Below are positions 56,745-64,000 of a stretch of DNA of 64,000 nucleotides, piece by piece (within the stretch, counting starts at the first letter, position 1; every line of letters starts with the position of its first letter). The stretch lies in assembly GCA_963713975.1 (NCBI GenBank), contig OY970218.1:992001-1056000 (forward strand). Reading direction: 5' to 3'. A model generated the notes under the pieces. That model saw only the letters and a program-made list of their open reading frames with translations, searched no databases and was not told the origin of the DNA. Made by a program: the position numbers and the translations under genes. This DNA comes from an uncultured Chloroflexia bacterium. Lineage in GTDB: Bacteria > Chloroflexota > Limnocylindria > Limnocylindrales > CSP1-4.

Positions 56745-58463
56745 CTACCGGAGCAGGTAGCGGCGACTGAGCGGGACCTCGGCGACCGGGTCCACGGCCA
56801 ACGATCGTCCGCCGAGGGACACCGCACCGGTCCGGAGGTCGATGTCAACTGGCGTAACTGCTCGGTTGAGCAGCAGTGATGCTCGTGTGAGCGATCTCTG
56901 CCCCGACACGGCGACCAGACTGCGTCGCGTCCCCAACCGGCGCGCCAGCGCCACACGATCCACGGACCCCGAGACGAAGGTCACGGCCACGCGCGGCGCC
57001 GCCGTCGGGACCCCACCCCAGTCGGGCCGGTACCTGGTCGGCTCGGCGCGCTCGAGCGACGCGTTGCCCTCGCCAAGCGGTCCCCAGGCCGGGAAGCCGC
57101 CCTTGAACACCCACTCGGGCTTGACGCCGAAGAAGCCTGGTGCCCACAGGACGATGTCGGCGATGCGCCCCGGCTGCAGCGAGCCCACGTGCGCCGCCAC
57201 CCCGTGCGTGATCGCCGGCTCGATCGTCACCTTGGCCAGGTACCGCAGCACCCGGGCGGTGTCGTCGCGGTCGTCCGGGTCGAGGAGACCCGGGTCGTCC
57301 GGCAGGTCCGGCACACCCGCCGAAGCCTCGGACCGCCGCCACGCCTTCATCACGTGCGCCAGCTGGAACGTGCGCCGGACCGTCTCGCCGATGCGCCCCA
57401 TCCCCTGCGAGTCGGAGTTGATGATGCCGATGGCGCCCAGCTCGTGGAGCGGACCCTCGGCTGCCATGCGCGCCTCAAGGACGCGCTCGAGCACCAGCTC
57501 CATGTCGCCAGGCACATCCCACGACAGGCCGTGGTTGAGCACCGTCATCGGGACGTGCTCGGCCGCCGCGTGGACCCCGAACGGCAGAGTGGGCGTCGTG
57601 GACGAGCACAGGATCGACGGCTCGCGCACTAGGCCCAGCAGGTCCGGCACGTGGCCGCCTCCGGAGCCTTCCACGTGGTAGGCGTGGACCGTGCGCCCGC
57701 CGATGGCCGCGACCGTGTCCTCGAGCTCGGCCGACTCGTGAAGCCCGTCCGTGTGCAGGCTGACCGAGAGGTCGCGCGCGTCGGCGTAGCGCAGGACGTA
57801 GTCGATCAGCTCCGGGTATGCCCCGTTGTCCTCGTGGATCTTGAAGCCGATGGCGCCCGTCTCCACCAGCGCGTCCAGGTGCCCGTCCTCGGTGGCCCGG
57901 GCCCCCGCCTGCATCCCCACGTTGACGGGCCAGCCCTCGAGGCCGGCCAGCACCCGCTCCATCGCGAACGGCGGCTCTTCGAACCCGGCCGTGATCAGCG
58001 TGGTCACGCCGGCGGACAGGGCCGGCGGGAGCAGCTCCGGGTCGATGGTGTGGACGTGTGAATCGACGGCACCCGGGGTGGCGATCAAGCCATACGCCAT
58101 GTAGGACTTGGTGCCGGGGCCGATCACGAGGTCGATGCCATCGCTGATCTCGGGGCTGCCCGCGCGCCCGATGCCGGCGATGCGGCCGTCCTTGATGCCG
58201 ATGTCGGCCTTGACCACGCCGATCACGGGATCGACGACCAGCGCGCCCGTGAGCACGATGTCGAGCTCCGAGAGACCGCTGGCCCGGTCCCACTGGGCCA
58301 TCCTCGAGCGGAGGTTCTTCGCATAGCCCCAGATCGGCTCGTCGCCGCGGGCGGTGCGATCCTCCCGGACCCTGATCCACAGGTCGGTGTCGCCGAGCCG
58401 GACGCGATCGCCGGTGGTGGCGCCGTAGCGCAGGCGGTACTCCTCCGCGGAGAGCCGGGTCAC
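56745..58463 (-). CDS. ureC: Urease alpha subunit homolog (divergent)
   Basis: DSHVH, FKIHED, HTD, YHVEGSGGGH, SDSQGMGRIGE, GRIADIVLW. Confidence 0.85.
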   Translation of the reverse strand: MTRLSAEEYRLRYGATTGDRVRLGDTDLWIRVREDRTARGDEPIWGYAKNLRSRMAQWDRASGLSELDIVLTGALVVDPVIGVVKADIGIKDGRIAGIGRAGSPEISDGIDLVIGPGTKSYMAYGLIATPGAVDSHVHTIDPELLPPALSAGVTTLITAGFEEPPFAMERVLAGLEGWPVNVGMQAGARATEDGHLDALVETGAIGFKIHEDNGAYPELIDYVLRYADARDLSVSLHTDGLHESAELEDTVAAIGGRTVHAYHVEGSGGGHVPDLLGLVREPSILCSSTTPTLPFGVHAAAEHVPMTVLNHGLSWDVPGDMELVLERVLEARMAAEGPLHELGAIGIINSDSQGMGRIGETVRRTFQLAHVMKAWRRSEASAGVPDLPDDPGLLDPDDRDDTARVLRYLAKVTIEPAITHGVAAHVGSLQPGRIADIVLWAPGFFGVKPEWVFKGGFPAWGPLGEGNASLERAEPTRYRPDWGGVPTAAPRVAVTFVSGSVDRVALARRLGTRRSLVAVSGQRSLTRASLLLNRAVTPVDIDLRTGAVSLGGRSLAVDPVAEVPLSRRYLLR

Positions 58464-59071
58464 CCTCCGTCGCCCGCGTTCCCGCCACCGCCCGCGTAGC
58501 GGACGAGTCGGACGGTCTTCGTCTCGCCCGGTTCCCACCCCGTGTAGCCGCCCGCGGGCAGGTCGAGGCGGGAGCCGCGCGCCGCTTCACGGTCGAACGA
58601 CAGGCGCGGATTGACCTGGTGGAACGGGTAGTGCGAGGAGACCCGGACCCGCCGTCGCGACGTGCTCGTGACGGCGAGCGTGATCGATTCGCGGCCGGCG
58701 TTGACCTCGACCTCCACGTCGTCACCGATCACGAGGGCACCGGGACCGAGCGGGTCCGGCGGCGTGCCCCGGCCGAGGGGGTCCCGGAGCGCGATGACCC
58801 GGGTTCCGTCACCCAACAGGACCTCCAGCCGGACCTCGCCGATGAGCTCGCGCACGCCGTCCATCACCTGGTCCGGCTCGACGGCGGCAATCCCGGCCGC
58901 CTCGACCTCCGCGTAGCCCGCCCCGCCCCGCGCGGCCTCCAGCATCGCGTCGCACATGATCGCGATCGCCTCGGGGTGGTTGAGCGGCACGCCGGCAGCC
59001 CGGCGTCGGCGGGCGAGCTCTGCCGCGGCGAAGATCTGGAGGCGCTCCTCCTCCCAGGGGATCAGGCGCAT
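58460..59071 (-). CDS. ureAB: Urease gamma-beta fusion subunit
   Basis: MRLIPWEEERL...LNHPEA (gamma); VNAGR, SSHYPF, RLDLPAG (beta). Confidence 0.88.
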   Translation of the reverse strand: MRLIPWEEERLQIFAAAELARRRRAAGVPLNHPEAIAIMCDAMLEAARGGAGYAEVEAAGIAAVEPDQVMDGVRELIGEVRLEVLLGDGTRVIALRDPLGRGTPPDPLGPGALVIGDDVEVEVNAGRESITLAVTSTSRRRVRVSSHYPFHQVNPRLSFDREAARGSRLDLPAGGYTGWEPGETKTVRLVRYAGGGGNAGDGG

Positions 59072-59166
59072 CAGCGGATGGTAGCTGCCACCGCGCCATG
59101 CAACCATCCGATCACGGGCAGCGTCACGGGACTGGCGTCCACGCTGTCCCTGGGGAGACCCACCCG

Positions 59167-60459
59167 ATGCTTCGACCGATCGCGGCGCTTGTGGCGCTTG
59201 TCATCGTCGCCGGCTGCACGGCGGCGACGACATCGCCTTCGACCGCAGCGGACATCACGACCCTCGCCGCGGTGTCCCTCCCGCGCCTGGCCACCACGCG
59301 GGACGACGCCAAGGCGGCAGGCGACGCGGTCAACGCATTCGGCCTCGACCTCTACGCGAAGCTCGTCGCGGCGGATCCCGAGGCGAACCTCGTCGTCTCC
59401 CCGGCGAGCATCCAGCTGGCGCTGGCCATGGCCCGGGCCGGAGCGAGGGGTGCGACCGCCGCCGAGATGGACGCAGTCATGCACGGTCTGGGTGCCGACG
59501 CGAACGCCGCCTGGGTCGCGGCCCTCGACCAGTCGCTCAACGCGAGGACCGCGACCTTCAAGGACGCGATGAACGAGAGCCAGGACGTCGTCCTCCGCTC
59601 CGTCAACGCCCCGTTTGCCCAGCAGGGCTACCCACTCGAGGACGCGTATCTCGCGGCGCTCGCGGAGCGGTTCGCGGCCGGAGTGCGGCTCGTGGACTAC
59701 ATCGGCGACCCGGAGGGCGCGCGCGGCATCATCAACGGCTGGGTCAAGGACCAGACCGAGGACCGGATCCCGGAGCTGCTCGCGGCCGGCACCGTCGACC
59801 AGGCCACGCGGCTCGCGCTCGTCAACGCCATCTACCTCAAGGCAGCCTGGGACCTGCCCTTCGACGAGGGCGCCACCGCCCCGGCGCCGTTCACGCTGCT
59901 GGACGGAACGACGACGGATGTCGAGATGATGCGCAACGGCGGCCACTTCGCCTACGCATCGGGCGACGGCTGGCAGGCCGTGGACCTCCCGTACGTGGGC
60001 CGGCAGCTGTCGATGCTGGTCATCGCGCCGGCGGATCTTGCCCGGTTCGAGGGGTCGCTCGACGCCGCGAAGCTCTCCGAGATCACCGGCGCGCTCACCG
60101 AGCAGCAGGTGATGCTGGGACTGCCGAAGTACGGGGCGGAGTCACAGCTGGACCTTGGCGACGTGCTCGCCGCCCTCGGCATGCCAACGGCATTCCACGC
60201 GGACACGGCCGACTTCTCGGGCATGACGACGGCCGAACGGCTGTACATCAGCGCCGTGGTCCACCAGGCCAACATCGAGGTGGACGAGAAGGGGACCGAG
60301 GCCGCGGCGGCCACGGCCGTCATGATGCGCGCCGGCGCGGCGCCGGCGCCGCCCGTCGAGATGACCGTGGACCACCCGTTCATCTACGCGCTGCGGGACA
60401 TGGAGACGGGCGCGATCCTGTTCCTCGGCCGAGTGACCGTGCCGGAGATCCGCGCCTAG
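59167..60459 (+). CDS. Serpin family lipoprotein
   Basis: Lipobox VAGC; SPASI, NAIYLKAAW, EKGTEAAAATAV, DHPFIY, ILFLGRV. Confidence 0.93.
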   Translation: MLRPIAALVALVIVAGCTAATTSPSTAADITTLAAVSLPRLATTRDDAKAAGDAVNAFGLDLYAKLVAADPEANLVVSPASIQLALAMARAGARGATAAEMDAVMHGLGADANAAWVAALDQSLNARTATFKDAMNESQDVVLRSVNAPFAQQGYPLEDAYLAALAERFAAGVRLVDYIGDPEGARGIINGWVKDQTEDRIPELLAAGTVDQATRLALVNAIYLKAAWDLPFDEGATAPAPFTLLDGTTTDVEMMRNGGHFAYASGDGWQAVDLPYVGRQLSMLVIAPADLARFEGSLDAAKLSEITGALTEQQVMLGLPKYGAESQLDLGDVLAALGMPTAFHADTADFSGMTTAERLYISAVVHQANIEVDEKGTEAAAATAVMMRAGAAPAPPVEMTVDHPFIYALRDMETGAILFLGRVTVPEIRA

Positions 60460-60475
60460 CAGCCTGCCTGGTGCC

Positions 60476-61432
60476 TCAGCTCCCGGCCGGTTCGATGCGC
60501 GGCACGCCGGAGCGCGCCAGGCGCTCCTCGAACCGCCTGGCGGCGAGGTCCAGTTTGTCCAGGTGCTCGGCGAGCCTGCGGCGTGCATCCTCGGCGGTCG
60601 CGTCCAGGCCGGAGAGCTCGAACACGCCCCAGAACTTGAGGATCGGCAGCAGCACCTCGTCGCGATGCACCCGCAGGTCGTAGATGCCGGCCTTGGCGAT
60701 GTCCGCGGCCTTGCGCAGGAAGTTCTGGATCCCGGCGCCCGGCATCTCGAACTTGAGGATCTCGTCCACGATGGCCCGTACGGCCGCGGAGGGCTCGATC
60801 GCGATGGCCGCCTTGAGGATGTCCCGGTAGAACACCATGTGCATGTTCTCGTCGGCGGCGATGCGGACCATGATCCGGTCCGCTACCGGGTCCTCGGAGT
60901 AGCGCCCGGTGTTGCGGTGCGAGATCCGGGTCGCCAGCTCCTGGAAGGCCACGTACGCGAGCCCGTGGAGGGTGTCGGGCATGTCGTGGTCGTAGCCCTT
61001 CTGGAGCTGCGCCATGCGACCGCGCTCGAGGAGCGTGGGGTCGAAGTTGCGCGTCACCACCAGGTAGTCCCGCAGCACGATTGCGTGGCGGCCCTCCTCG
61101 GCCGTCCAGCGGCCCACCCAGTTGAGCCACGCGCCGTCACCCTTGCCGAACATCCCGTGGATGAGCCGGTGGTAGCTGGGCAGGTTGTCCTCGGTCAGCA
61201 GGCCGACCTCGAACGCCGTCTGGGCGACGCCCGTCAGCCGTGGCTGGTCCGGGGTCCATGGCTCCTTGTCGAAGTCCCGGCCCAGGCGATACGGGATGAA
61301 GTCGTGCGGGAACCACTCCTGGGACACCTTGAGATGGCGGTCCAGCAGCCGTCCGGCCTCCGGCTCCAGCTCCTCGAGCAGGCGGCGATCGAGGGCGGGG
61401 ACCTCCACGGGGGCAACGGGATCGTCGGACAT
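60476..61432 (-). CDS. Acyl-ACP desaturase (di-iron, DesA-like)
   Basis: TEDNLPSY, WTAEEGRH, FQELAT, DENMH. Confidence 0.92.
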   Translation of the reverse strand: MSDDPVAPVEVPALDRRLLEELEPEAGRLLDRHLKVSQEWFPHDFIPYRLGRDFDKEPWTPDQPRLTGVAQTAFEVGLLTEDNLPSYHRLIHGMFGKGDGAWLNWVGRWTAEEGRHAIVLRDYLVVTRNFDPTLLERGRMAQLQKGYDHDMPDTLHGLAYVAFQELATRISHRNTGRYSEDPVADRIMVRIAADENMHMVFYRDILKAAIAIEPSAAVRAIVDEILKFEMPGAGIQNFLRKAADIAKAGIYDLRVHRDEVLLPILKFWGVFELSGLDATAEDARRRLAEHLDKLDLAARRFEERLARSGVPRIEPAGS

Positions 61433-61567
61433 GGGTCACCAGGCGGGGAAGGGACGGCGCTCGCCCCGGGTCCGAGAGTATGTGGCGCCGGCGGACCACC
61501 ACGCTGCGACATCAGTGCAGGGATGCAGAGGTGATTCGCGAGCCGACCGAGCCCGAGGGGCGCCGGA

Positions 61568-63772
<2,205 letters not shown>

Positions 63773-63930
63773 GGCCACCTCGTAACAGTCATCGGGCCCA
63801 TCAGTGGGTCGCCCGAGGATAGCCCGGACCGGCGGGCGGGGCGGGTCATTGCGTCCGGTCCGGAGCTGCCGCACGACCCTCTTCAGCCCCGGTGCTACCA
63901 TTCGCTCCCCGAACGGTGGTTCGGTCCTGT

Positions 63931-64000
63931 GGGGATGCGTGGTTTCGACAGGGCTTGGCTGCCAGGGAACGCGAGCCGAGGTGCCGTCAGGCCTCGTTAA
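63931..64000 (+). ncRNA. ssrA: tmRNA 5' end (truncated by window edge)
   Basis: GGGGATGCGTGGTTTCGACAGGG matches the tmRNA 5' consensus; TGCTACCAT extended -10 upstream; smpB about 8 kb away. Confidence 0.85.

Overview
A GC-rich core-chromosome region near the replication origin. Gene content and style suggest Chloroflexota, probably Limnocylindria/Ellin6529-like; this is inference. In order it carries: an MMPL plus AttH/CrtC-like lipoprotein pair; DsbA/VKOR; a Zn/Mn ABC operon with a Fur/Zur regulator and a candidate operator; an ApbE flavinylation module; a PLDc_N-ABC exporter; a dual class III cyclase-STAND-TPR protein beside a ~2000-aa secreted C25-like protease with SGSGF repeats; rplU (fused to two DUF1508-like domains)-rpmA-rpmE; mreD-mrdA-rodA (rodA frameshifted); two parS sites; parAB-gyrB-gyrA-prs; secA; prfB with its programmed frameshift; ftsEX-S41 protease; smpB; a proline-racemase-family enzyme; a divergent urease with no accessory genes in the window; a serpin; an acyl-ACP desaturase; glgX; and the 5' end of tmRNA. 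The most notable unexplained element is a self-contained ~140-nt transcription unit just upstream of smpB. It has a 12-nt perfect complement to the 16S rRNA 3' end and a 16-aa ORF ending in an ssrA-like -AA degron. Other candidates are a Cys-rich micro-protein coupled to prfB, the L21-DUF1508 fusion, the flavinylation module and the remodelled urease. No CRISPR array, rRNA, tRNA or mobile element was seen. All calls come from reading motifs; no database search was run.
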